Part shown: positions 51,480-63,900 of the stretch, piece after piece | Numbering within the stretch: the first letter of the stretch is position 1 | Layout of the letters: each line of letters starts with the position of its first letter | NCBI GenBank assembly: GCA_964016885.1 | Contig: OZ024754.1 | Span: 25,730,001-25,794,000 of the forward strand | DNA length: 64,000 nucleotides | DNA from: Eledone cirrhosa | Taxonomy: Eukaryota | Direction of reading: 5' to 3' | Program-made: the position numbers and the translations under genes | The notes under the pieces: model-generated | Databases searched by the model: none | What the model saw: the letters and a program-made list of their open reading frames with translations, nothing else | Told to the model about the DNA's origin: nothing

Positions 51480-54400
51480 TCTTCTCAGACAAGCTGCTGC
51501 TGTCCACCTCTCCTGAGAGTTTCTTCTCAGACAACCTGCTGCTGTCCACCTCTCCTGAGAGTTTCTTCTCAGACAACCTGCTGCTGTCCACCTCGCCTGA
51601 GAGTTTCTTCTCAGACAACCTGTTGCTGTCCACCTCTCCCTGAGAGTTTCTTCTCAGACAACCTGCTGCTGTCCACCTCTCCTGAGAGTTTCTTCTCAGA
51701 CAAACTGATGCTGTCCACCTCTCCTGAGAGTTTCTTCTCAGACGACCTTCTGCTGTCCAGCTCTCCCTGAGAGTTTCTTCTCAGACAACGTTCAGCTGTC
51801 CACCTCTCCTGAGAGTTTCTTCTCAGACAACCTTCTGCTGTCCAGCTCTTCTGAAAGTTTCTTCTCAGACAATCTTCTGCTGTACACCTCTCCTGAAAGT
51901 TTCTTCACAGACAACCTTCTGCTGTCCACCTCTCCTGAGAGTTTCTTCTCAGACAAACTGTGGCTGTCCACCTCTCCTGAGAGTTTCTTCTCAGACAACC
52001 TGCTGCTGTCCAGCTCTCTTGAGAGATTCTTCTCAGACAACCTGCTGCTGTCCACCTCTCCTGAGAGTTTCTTCTCAGACAACCTTCTGCTGTCCACCTC
52101 TCCTGAGAGTTTCTTCGCAGCCAAGCTGTTGCTGTCCAACTCTCCCTGAGAGATTCTTCTCAGACGACCTTCTGCTGTCCACATCTCCTGAGAGTTTCTT
52201 CTCAGACACCCTGCCGCTGTCCACCTCTCCTGAGAGTTTCTTCTCAGACAACCTTCTGCTGTCCAGCTCTCCTGAGAGATTCTTCTCAGACAACCTTCTG
52301 CTGTACAGCTCTCCTAAGAGTTTCTTCCCAGACAACCTTCTGCTGTCCACCTCTCCTGATAGTTTCTTCTCAGACGACCTTCTGCTGTCCACCTCTCCTG
52401 AGAGTTTCTTCTCAGACAACCTTCTGCTGTCCAGCTCTCCTGAGAGTTTCTTCTCAGACAAGCTTCTGCTGTCCACCTCTCCTGAGAGTTTCTTCTCAGA
52501 CGACCTTCTGCTGTCCAGCTCTCACGAGAGTTTCTTCTCAGACAACCTTCTGCTGTCCACCTCTCCTGAGAGTTTCTTCTCAGACGACATTCTGCTGTCC
52601 ACATCTCCTGAGAGTTTCTTCTCAGACAACCTGCCGCTGTCCAGCTCTCCTGAGAGTTTCTTCTCAGACAACCTTCTGCTGTCCAGCTCTCCTGAGAGAT
52701 TCTTCTCAGACAACCTTCTGCTGTACAGCTCTCCTGAGAGTTTCTTCTCAGACAAGCTTCTGCTGTCCACCTCTCCTGAGAGTTTCTTCTCAGACGACCT
52801 TCTGCTGTCCAGCTCTCCCTGAGAGTCTCTTCTAAGACAACCTGCTGCTGTCCACCTCTCCTGAGAGTTTCTTCTCAGACAACATTCTGCTATCCACCTC
52901 TCCGGAGAGTTTCTTCTCAGACAACCTTCTGCTGTCCAGCTCTCCCGAGAGTTTCTTCTCAGACAACCTTCTGCTGTCCACCTCTCCTGAGAGTTTCTTC
53001 TCAGACGACATTCTGCTGTCCAGCTCTCCTGAGAGTTTCTTCTCGGACAAACTGCTGCTGTCCACCTCTCCTGAGAGTTTCTTCTCAGACAACCTGCTGC
53101 TGTCCACCTCTCGTGAGAGTTTCTTCTCAGACAACCTGCTGCTGTCCACCTCTCCTGAGAGTTTCTTCTCAGACAGCCTTCTGCTGTCCAGCTCTCTTGA
53201 GAGTTTCTTCTCAGACAACCTGCTGCTGTCCACCTCTCCTGAGAGTTTCTTCTCAGACAACCTGCTGCTGTCCACCTCTCCTGAGAGTTTCTTCTCAGAC
53301 AAGCTGCTGCTGTCCACCTCTCCTGAGAGTTTCTTCTCAGGCAACCTGCTGCTGTCCACCTCTCCTAAGAGTTTCTTCTCAGACAACCTTCTGCTGTCCA
53401 GCTCTCTTGAGAGTTTCTTCTCAGACAACCTGCTGCTCTCCACCTCTCCTGAGAGTTTCTTCTCAGACAACCTGCTGCTGTCCAGCTCTCCTGAGAGTTT
53501 CTTCTCAGACAAGCTGCTGCTGTCCACCTCTCCTGAGAGTTTCTTCTCAGACAACCTGCTTCTGTCCACCTCTCCTGAGAGTTTCTTCTCAGACAACCTG
53601 CTGCTGTCCACCTCTCCTGAGAGTTTCTTCTCAGACAAACTGATGCTGTCCACCTCTCCTGAGAGTTTCTTCTCAGACGACCTTCTGCTGTCCAGCTCTC
53701 CCTGAGAGTTTCTTCTCAGACAACCTTCAGCTGTCCACCTCTCCTGAGAGTTTCTTCTCAGACAACCTTCTGCTGTCCAGCTCTTCTGAAAGTTTCTTCT
53801 CAGACAATCTTCTGCTGTACACCTCTCCTGAAAGTTTCTTCACAGACAACCTTCTGCTGTCCACCTCTCCTGAGAGTTTCTTCTCAGACAAACTGTGGCT
53901 GTCCACCTCTCCTGAGAGTTTCTTCTCAGACAACCTGCTGCTGTCCAGCTCTCTTGAGAGATTCTTCTCAGACAACCTGCTGCTGTCCACCTCTCCTGAG
54001 AGTTTCTTCTCAGACAACCTTCTGCTGTCCACCTCTCCTGAGAGTTTCTTCGCAGACAAGCTGTTGCTGTCCAGCTCTCCCTGAGAGATTCTTCTCAGAC
54101 GACCTTCTGCTGTCCACATCTCCTGAGAGTTTCTTCTCAGACAACCTGACGCTGTCCACCTCTCCTGAGAGTTTCTTCTCAGACAACCTTCTGCTGTCCA
54201 GCTCTCCTGAGTGATTCTTCTCAGACAACCTTCTGCTGTACAGCTCTCCTAAGAGTTTCTTCCCAGACAACCTTCTGCTGTCCACCTCTCCTGATAGTTT
54301 CTTCTCAGACGACCTTCTGCTGTCCACCTCTCCTGAGAGTTTCTTCTCAGACAACCTTCTGCTGTCCAGCTCTCCTGAGAGTTTCTTCTCAGACAAGCTT

Positions 54401-57400
54401 CTGCTGTCCACCTCTCCTGAGAGTTTCTTCTCAGACGACCTTCTGCTGTCCAGCTCTCCCTGAGAGTCTCTTCTAAGACAACCTGCTGCTGTCCACCTCT
54501 CCTGAGAGTTTCTTCTCAGACAACATTCTGCTATCCACCTCTCCGGTGAGTTTCTTCTCAGACAACCTTCTGCTGTCCAGCTCTCCCGAGAGTTTCTTCT
54601 CAGTCAACCTTCTGCTGTCCACCTCTCCTGAGAGTTTCTTCTCAGACGACATTCTGCTGTCCAGCTTTCCTGAGAGTTTCTTCTCGGACAAACTGCTGCT
54701 GTCCACCTCTCCTGAGAGTTTCTTCTCAGACAACCTGCTGCTGTCCACCTCTCCTGAGAGTTTCTTCTCAGACAACCTGCTGCTGTCCACCTCTCCTGAG
54801 AGTTTCTTCTCAGACAACCTTCTGCTGTCCAGCTCTCTTGAGAGTTTCTTCTCAGACAACCTGCTGCTGTCCACCTCTCCTGAGAGTTTCTTCGCAGACA
54901 ACCTGCTGCTGTCCACCTCTCCTGAGAGTTTCTTCTCAGACAACCTGCTGCTGTCCACCTCTCCTGAGAGTTTCTTCTCAGACAACCTGCTGCTGTCCAC
55001 CTCTCCTGAGAGTTTCTTCTCAGACAACCTGCTGCTGTCCACCTCGCCTGAGAGTTTCTTCTCAGACAACCTGTTGCTGTCCACCTCTCCCTGAGAGTTT
55101 CTTCTCAGACAACCTGCTGCTGTCCACCTCTCCTGAGAGTTTCTTCTCAGACAAACTGATGCTGTCCACCTCTCCTGAGAGTTTCTTCTCAGACGACATT
55201 CTGCTGTCCAGCTCTCCCTGAGAGTTTCTTCTCTGACAACCTTCAGCTGTCCACCTCTCCTGAGAGTTTCTTCTCAGACAACCTTCTGCTGTCCAGCTCT
55301 CCTGAAAGTTTCTTCTCAGACAATCTTCTGCTGTACACCTCTCCTGAAAGTTTCTTCTCAGACAACCTTCTGCTGTCCACCTCTCCTGAGAGTTTCTTCT
55401 CAGACAACATTCTGCCATCCACCTCTCCGGAGAGTTTCTTCTCAGACAAGCTGCTGCTGTCCAGCTCTCCCGAGAGTTTCTTCTCAAACAACCTTCTGCT
55501 ATCCACCTCTCCTGATAGTTTCTTCTCAGACGACCTTCTGCTGTCCACCTCTCCTGAGAGTTTCTTCTCAGACAACCTTCTGCTGTCCAGCTCTCCTGAG
55601 AGTTTCTTCTCAGACAAGCTTCTGCTGTCCACCTCTCCTGAGAGTTTCTTCTCAGACGACCTTCTGCTGTCCAGCTCTCCCGAGAGTTTCTTCTCAGACA
55701 ACCTTCTGCTGTCCACCTCTCCTGAGAGTTTCTTCTCAGACGACATTCTGCTGTCCACATCTCCTGAGAGTTTCTTCTCAGACAACCTTCTGCTGTCCAG
55801 CTCTCCTGAGAGATTCTTCTCAGACAACTTTCTGCTGTACAGCTCTCCTGAGAGTTTCTTCTCAGACAAGCTTCTGCTGTCCACCTCTCCTGAGAGTTTC
55901 TTCTCAGACGACCTTCTGCTGTCCAGCTCTCCCTGAGAGTCTCTTCTAAGACAACCTGCTGCTGTCCACCTCTCCTGAGAGTTTCTTCTCAGACAACATT
56001 CTGCTATCCACCTCTCCGGAGAGTTTCTTCTCAGACAACCTTCTGCTGTCCAGCTCTCCCGAGAGTTTCTTCTCAGACAACCTTCTGCTGTCCACCTCTC
56101 CTGAGAGTTTCTTCTCAGACGACATTCTGCTGTCCAGCTCTCCTGAGAGTTTCTTCTCGGACAAACTGCTGCTGTCCACCTCTCCTGAGAGTTTCTTCTC
56201 AGACAACCTGCTGCTGTCCACCTCTCCTGAGAGTTTCTTCTCAGACAACTTGCTGCTGTCCACCTCTCCTGAGAGTTTCTTCTCAGACAACCTTCTGCTG
56301 TCCAGCTCTCTTGAGAGTTTCTTCTCAGACAACCTGCTGCTGTCCACCTCTCCTGAGAGTTTCTTCTCAGACAACCTGCTGCTGTCCACCTCTCTTGAGA
56401 GTTTCGTCTCAGACAACCTGCTGCTGTCCACCTCTCCTGAGAGTTTCTTCTCAGACAACCTTCTGCTGTCCAGCTCTCTTGAGAGTTTCTTCTCAGACAA
56501 CCTGCTGCTCTCCACCTCTCCTGAGAGTTTCTTCTCAGACAACCTGCTGCTGTCCACCTCTCCTGAGAGTTTCTTCTCAGACAAGCTGCTGCTGTCCACC
56601 TCTCCTGAGAGTTTCTTCTCAGACAACCTGCTGCTGTCCACCTCTCCTGAGAGTTTCTTCTCAGACAACCTGCTGCTGTCCACCTCGCCTGAGAGTTTCT
56701 TCTCAGACAACCTGTTGCTGTCCACCTCTCCCTGAGAGTTTCTTCTCAGACAACCTGCTGCTGTCCACCTCTCCTGAGAGTTTCTTCTCAGACAAACTGA
56801 TGCTGTCCACCTCTCCTGAGAGTTTCTTCTCAGACGACCTTCTGCTGTCCAGCTCTCCCTGAGAGTTTCTTCTCAGACAACGTTCAGCTGTCCACCTCTC
56901 CTGAGAGTTTCTTCTCAGACAACCTTCTGCTGTCCAGCTCTTCTGAAAGTTTCTTCTCAGACAATCTTCTGCTGTACACCTCTCCTGAAAGTTTCTTCTC
57001 AGACAAGCTGCTGCTGTCCACCTCTCCTGAGAGTTTCTTCTCAGACAACCTGCTGCTGTCCACCTCTCCTGAGAGTTTCTTCTCAGACAACCTGCTGCTG
57101 TCCACCTCGCCTGAGAGTTTCTTCTCAGACAACCTGTTGCTGTCCACCTCTCCCTGAGAGTTTCTTCTCAGACAACCTGCTGCTGTCCACCTCTCCTGAG
57201 AGTTTCTTCTCAGACAAACTGATGCTGTCCACCTCTCCTGAGAGTTTCTTCTCAGACGACCTTCTGCTGTCCAGCTCTCCCTGAGAGTTTCTTCTCAGAC
57301 AACGTTCAGCTGTCCACCTCTCCTGAGAGTTTCTTCTCAGACAACCTTCTGCTGTCCAGCTCTTCTGAAAGTTTCTTCTCAGACAATCTTCTGCTGTACA

Positions 57401-60400
57401 CCTCTCCTGAAAGTTTCTTCACAGACAACCTTCTGCTGTCCACCTCTCCTGAGAGTTTCTTCTCAGACAAACTGTGGCTGTCCACCTCTCCTGAGAGTTT
57501 CTTCTCAGACAACCTGCTGCTGTCCAGCTCTCTTGAGAGATTCTTCTCAGACAACCTGCTGCTGTCCACCTCTCCTGAGAGTTTCTTCTCAGACAACCTT
57601 CTGCTGTCCACCTCTCCTGAGAGTTTCTTCGCAGCCAAGCTGTTGCTGTCCAACTCTCCCTGAGAGATTCTTCTCAGACGACCTTCTGCTGTCCACATCT
57701 CCTGAGAGTTTCTTCTCAGACACCCTGCCGCTGTCCACCTCTCCTGAGAGTTTCTTCTCAGACAACCTTCTGCTGTCCAGCTCTCCTGAGAGATTCTTCT
57801 CAGACAACCTTCTGCTGTACAGCTCTCCTAAGAGTTTCTTCCCAGACAACCTTCTGCTGTCCACCTCTCCTGATAGTTTCTTCTCAGACGACCTTCTGCT
57901 GTCCACCTCTCCTGAGAGTTTCTTCTCAGACAACCTTCTGCTGTCCAGCTCTCCTGAGAGTTTCTTCTCAGACAAGCTTCTGCTGTCCACCTCTCCTGAG
58001 AGTTTCTTCTCAGACGACCTTCTGCTGTCCAGCTCTCCCGAGAGTTTCTTCTCAGACAACCTTCTGCTGTCCACCTCTCCTGAGAGTTTCTTCTCAGACG
58101 ACATTCTGCTGTCCACATCTCCTGAGAGTTTCTTCTCAGACAACCTGCCGCTGTCCAGCTCTCCTGAGAGTTTCTTCTCAGACAACCTTCTGCTGTCCAG
58201 CTCTCCTGAGAGATTCTTCTCAGACAACCTTCTGCTGTACAGCTCTCCTGAGAGTTTCTTCTCAGACAAGCTTCTGCTGTCCACCTCTCCTGAGAGTTTC
58301 TTCTCAGACGACCTTCTGCTGTCCAGCTCTCCCTGAGAGTCTCTTCTAAGACAACCTGCTGCTGTCCACCTCTCCTGAGAGTTTCTTCTCAGACAACATT
58401 CTGCTATCCACCTCTCCGGAGAGTTTCTTCTCAGACAACCTTCTGCTGTCCAGCTCTCCCGAGAGTTTCTTCTCAGACAACCTTCTGCTGTCCACCTCTC
58501 CTGAGAGTTTCTTCTCAGACGACATTCTGCTGTCCAGCTCTCCTGAGAGTTTCTTCTCGGACAAACTGCTGCTGTCCACCTCTCCTGAGAGTTTCTTCTC
58601 AGACAACCTGCTGCTGTCCACCTCTCCTGAGAGTTTCTTCTCAGACAACCTGCTGCTGTCCACCTCTCCTGAGAGTTTCTTCTCAGACAGCCTTCTGCTG
58701 TCCAGCTCTCTTGAGAGTTTCTTCTCAGACAACCTGCTGCTGTCCACCTCTCCTGAGAGTTTCTTCTCAGACAACCTGCTGCTGTCCACCTCTCCTGAGA
58801 GTTTCTTCTCAGACAAGCTGCTGCTGTCCACCTCTCCTGAGAGTTTCTTCTCAGGCAACCTGCTGCTGTCCACCTCTCCTGAGAGTTTCTTCTCAGACAA
58901 CCTTCTGCTGTCCAGCTCTCTTGAGAGTTTCTTCTCAGACAACCTGCTGCTCTCCACCTCTCCTGAGAGTTTCTTCTCAGACAACCTGCTGCTGTCCAGC
59001 TCTCCTGAGAGTTTCTTCTCAGACAAGCTGCTGCTGTCCACCTCTCCTGAGAGTTTCTTCTCAGACAACCTGCTTCTGTCCACCTCTCCTGAGAGTTTCT
59101 TCTCAGACAACCTGCTGCTGTCCACCTCTCCTGAGAGTTTCTTCTCAGACAAACTGATGCTGTCCACCTCTCCTGAGAGTTTCTTCTCAGACGACCTTCT
59201 GCTGTCCAGCTCTCCCTGAGAGTTTCTTCTCAGACAACCTTCAGCTGTCCACCTCTCCTGAGAGTTTCTTCTCAGACAACCTTCTGCTGTCCAGCTCTTC
59301 TGAAAGTTTCTTCTCAGACAATCTTCTGCTGTACACCTCTCCTGAAAGTTTCTTCACAGACAACCTTCTGCTGTCCACCTCTCCTGAGAGTTTCTTCTCA
59401 GACAAACTGTGGCTGTCCACCTCTCCTGAGAGTTTCTTCTCAGACAACCTGCTGCTGTCCAGCTCTCTTGAGAGATTCTTCTCAGACAACCTGCTGCTGT
59501 CCACCTCTCCTGAGAGTTTCTTCTCAGACAACCTTCTGCTGTCCACCTCTCCTGAGAGTTTCTTCGCAGACAAGATGTTGCTGTCCAGCTCTCCCTGAGA
59601 GATTCTTCTCAGACGACCTTCTGCTGTCCACATCTCCTGAGAGTTTCTTCTCAGACAACCTGCCGCTGTCCACCTCTCCTGAGAGTTTCTTCTCAGACAA
59701 CCTTCTGCTGTCCAGCTCTCCTGAGTGATTCTTCTCAGACAACCTTCTGCTGTACAGCTCTCCTAAGAGTTTCTTCCCAGACAACCTTCTGCTGTCCACC
59801 TCTCCTGATAGTTTCTTCTCAGACGACCTTCTGCTGTCCACCTCTCCTGAGAGTTTCTTCTCAGACAACCTTCTGCTGTCCAGCTCTCCTGAGAGTTTCT
59901 TCTCAGACAAGCTTCTGCTGTCCACCTCTCCTGAGAGTTTCTTCTCAGACGACCTTCTGCTGTCCAGCTCTCCCTGAGAGTCTCTTCTAAGACAACCTGC
60001 TGCTGTCCACCTCTCCTGAGAGTTTCTTCTCAGACAACATTCTGCTATCCACCTCTCCGGAGAGTTTCTTCTCAGACAACCTTCTGCTGTCCAGCTCTCC
60101 CGAGAGTTTCTTCTCAGACAACCTTCTGCTGTCCACCTCTCCTGAGAGTTTCTTCTCAGACGACATTCTGCTGTCCAGCTTTCCTGAGAGTTTCTTCTCG
60201 GACAAACTGCTGCTGTCCACCTCTCCTGAGAGTTTCTTCTCAGACAACCTGCTGCTGTCCACCTCTCCTGAGAGTTTCTTCTCAGACAACCTGCTGCTGT
60301 CCACCTCTCCTGAGAGTTTCTTCTCAGACAACCTTCTGCTGTCCAGCTCTCTTGAGAGTTTCTTCTCAGACAACCTGCTGTTGTCCACCTCTCCTGAGAG

Positions 60401-60962
60401 TTTCTTCGCAGACAACCTGCTGCTGTCCACCTCTCCTGAGAGTTTCTTCTCAGACAACCTGCTGCTGTCCACCTCTCCTGAGAGTTTCTTCACAGACAAC
60501 CTGCTGCTGTCCACCTCTCCTGAGAGTTTCTTCTCAGACAACCTGCTGCTGTCCACCTCGCCTGAGAGTTTCTTCTCAGACAACCTGTTGCTGTCCACCT
60601 CTCCCTGAGAGTTTCTTCTCAGACAACCTGCTGCTGTCCACCTCTCCTGAGAGTTTCTTCTCAGACAAACTGATGCTGTCCACCTCTCCTGAGAGTTTCT
60701 TCTCAGACGACATTCTGCTGTCCAGCTCTCCCTGAGAGTTTCTTCTCAGACAACCTTCAGCTGTCCACCTCTCCTGAGAGTTTCTTCTCAGACAACCTTC
60801 TGCTGTCCAGCTCTCCTGAAAGTTTCTTCTCAGACAATCTTCTGCTGTACACCTCTCCTGAAAGTTTCTTCTCAGACAACCTTCTGCTGTCCACCTCTCC
60901 TGAGAGTTTCTTCTCAGACAACATTCTGCCATCCACCTCTCCGGAGAGTTTCTTCTCAGACA
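51480..60962. repeat. Near-identical ~4-kb duplication: ~51480-55448 and ~56994-60962 (offset 5514 bp = 131 monomers)
   Basis: Constant 5514 offset for ORF pairs 51792/57306, 52019/57533, 52832/58346, 53727/59241, 54473/59987, 54838/60352 and 55243/60757. Shared private variants gagtgattc, ccagctttcc, ctgccatcc and ctgcttctg. Confidence 0.92.
56575..57420. repeat. Local tandem duplication of a 10-monomer unit (422 bp)
   Basis: The string aagctgctg / cctcgcct / tgatg / aacgttcag / ctcttctgaaag / tgtacacc occurs twice back to back (aacgttcag at ~56880 and ~57301; ORF ends 56884 and 57306). Confidence 0.85.
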
Positions 60963-63900
60963 ACCTTCTGCTGTCCAGCTCTCCCGAGAGTTTTTTCTCA
61001 GACAACCTTCTGCTGTCCACCTCTCCTGAGAGTTTCTTCTCAGACGACATTCTGCTGTCCAGCTCTCCTGAGAGTTTCTTCTCGGACAAACTGCCGCTGT
61101 CCACCTCTCCTGAGAGTTTCTTCTCAGACAACCTGCTGCTGTCCACCTCTCCTGAGAGTTTCTTCTCAGACAACTTGCTGCTGTCCACCTCTCCTGAGAG
61201 TTTCTTCTCAGACAACCTTCTGCTGTCCAGCTCTCTTGAGAGTTTCTTCTCAGACAACCTGCTGCTGTCCACCTCTCCTGAGAGTTTCTTCTCAGACAAC
61301 CTGCTGCTGTCCACCTCTCCTGAGAGTTTCTTCTCAGGCAACCTGCTGCTGTCCACCTCTCCTGAGAGTTTCTTCTCAGACAACCTTCTGCTGTCCAGCT
61401 CTCTTGAGAGTTTCTTCTCAGACAACCTGCTGCTCTCCACCTCTCCTGAGAGTTTCTTCTCAGACAACCTGCTGCTGTCCACCTCTCCTGAGAGTTTCTT
61501 CTCAGACAACCTGCTGCTGTCCACCTCTCCTGAGAGTTTCTTCTCAGACAACCTGCTGCTGTCCACCTCGCCTGAGAGTTTCTTCTCAGACAACCTGCTG
61601 CTGTCCACCTCTCCTGAGAGTTTCTTCTCAGACAACCTGCTGCTGTCCACCTCGCCTGAGAGTTTCTTCTCAGACAACCTGTTGCTGTCCACCTCTCCCT
61701 GAGAGTTTCTTCTCAGACAACCTGCTGCTGTCCACCTCTCCTGAGAGTTTCTTCTCAGACAAACTGATGCTGTCCACCTCTCCTGAGAGTTTCTTCTCAG
61801 ACGACCTTCTGCTGTCCAGCTCTCCCTGAGAGTTTCTTCTCAGACAACGTTCAGCTGTCCACCTCTCCTGAGAGTTTCTTCTCAGACAACCTTCTGCTGT
61901 CCAGCTCTTCTGAAAGTTTCTTCTCAGACAATCTTCTGCTGTACACCTCTCCTGAAAGTTTCTTCACAGACAACCTTCTGCTGTCCACCTCTCCTGAGAG
62001 TTTCTTCTCAGACAAACTGTGGCTGTCCACCTCTCCTGAGAGTTTCTTCTCAGACAACCTGCTGCTGTCCAGCTCTCTTGAGAGATTCTTCTCAGACAAC
62101 CTGCTGCTGTCCACCTCTCCTGAGAGTTTCTTCTCAGACAACCTTCTGCTGTCCACCTCTCCTGAGAGTTTCTTCGCAGCCAAGCTGTTGCTGTCCAACT
62201 CTCCCTGAGAGATTCTTCTCAGACGACCTTCTGCTGTCCACATCTCCTGAGAGTTTCTTCTCAGACACCCTGCCGCTGTCCACCTCTCCTGAGAGTTTCT
62301 TCTCAGACAACCTTCTGCTGTCCAGCTCTCCTGAGAGATTCTTCTCAGACAACCTTCTGCTGTACAGCTCTCCTAAGAGTTTCTTCCCAGACAACCTTCT
62401 GCTGTCCACCTCTCCTGATAGTTTCTTCTCAGACGACCTTCTGCTGTCCACCTCTCCTGAGAGTTTCTTCTCAGACAACCTTCTGCTGTCCAGCTCTCCT
62501 GAGAGTTTCTTCTCAGACAAGCTTCTGCTGTCCACCTCTCCTGAGAGTTTCTTCTCAGACGACCTTCTGCTGTCCAGCTCTCCCTGAGAGTCTCTTCTAA
62601 GACAACCTGCTGCTGTCCACCTCTCCTGAGAGTTTCTTCTCAGACAACATTCTGCTATCCACCTCTCCGGAGAGTTTCTTCTCAGACAACCTTCTGCTGT
62701 CCAGCTCTCCCGAGAGTTTCTTCTCAGACAACCTTCTGCTGTCCACCTCTCCTGAGAGTTTCTTCTCAGACGACATTCTGCTGTCCAGCTTTCCTGAGAG
62801 TTTCTTCTCGGACAAACTGCTGCTGTCCACCTCTCCTGAGAGTTTCTTCTCAGACAACCTGCTGCTGTCCACCTCTCCTGAGAGTTTCTTCTCAGACAAC
62901 CTGCTGCTGTCCACCTCTCCTGAGAGTTTCTTCTCAGACAACCTTCTGCTGTCCAGCTCTCTTGAGAGTTTCTTCTCAGACAACCTGCTGTTGTCCACCT
63001 CTCCTGAGAGTTTCTTCGCAGACAACCTGCTGCTGTCCACCTCTCCTGAGAGTTTCTTCTCAGACAACCTGCTGCTGTCCACCTCTCCTGAGAGTTTCTT
63101 CTCAGACAACCTGCTGCTGTCCACCTCTCCTGAGAGTTTCTTCTCAGACAACCTGCTGCTGTCCACCTCGCCTGAGAGTTTCTTCTCAGACAACCTGTTG
63201 CTGTCCACCTCTCCCTGAGAGTTTCTTCTCAGACAACCTGCTGCTGTCCACCTCTCCTGAGAGTTTCTTCTCAGACAAACTGATGCTGTCCACCTCTCCT
63301 GAGAGTTTCTTCTCAGACGACATTCTGCTGTCCAGCTCTCCCTGAGAGTTTCTTCTCAGACAACCTTCAGCTGTCCACCTCTCCTGAGAGTTTCTTCTCA
63401 GACAACCTTCTGCTGTCCAGCTCTCCTGAAAGTTTCTTCTCAGACAATCTTCTGCTGTACACCTCTCCTGAAAGTTTCTTCTCAGACAACCTTCTGCTGT
63501 CCACCTCTCCTGAGAGTTTCTTCTCAGACAACATTCTGCCATCCACCTCTCCGGAGAGTTTCTTCTCAGACAACCTTCTGCTGTCCAGCTCTCCCGAGAG
63601 TTTCTTCTCAGACAACCTTCTGCTGTCCACCTCTCCTGAGAGTTTCTTCTCAGACGACATTCTGCTGTCCAGCTCTCCTGAGAGTTTCTTCTCGGACAAA
63701 CTGCCGCTGTCCACCTCTCCTGAGAGTTTCTTCTCAGACAACCTGCTGCTGTCCACCTCTCCTGAGAGTTTCTTCTCAGACAACTTGCTGCTGTCCACCT
63801 CTCCTGAGAGTTTCTTCTCAGACAACCTTCTGCTGTCCAGCTCTCTTGAGAGTTTCTTCTCAGACAACCTGCTGCTGTCCACCTCTCCTGAGAGTTTCTT

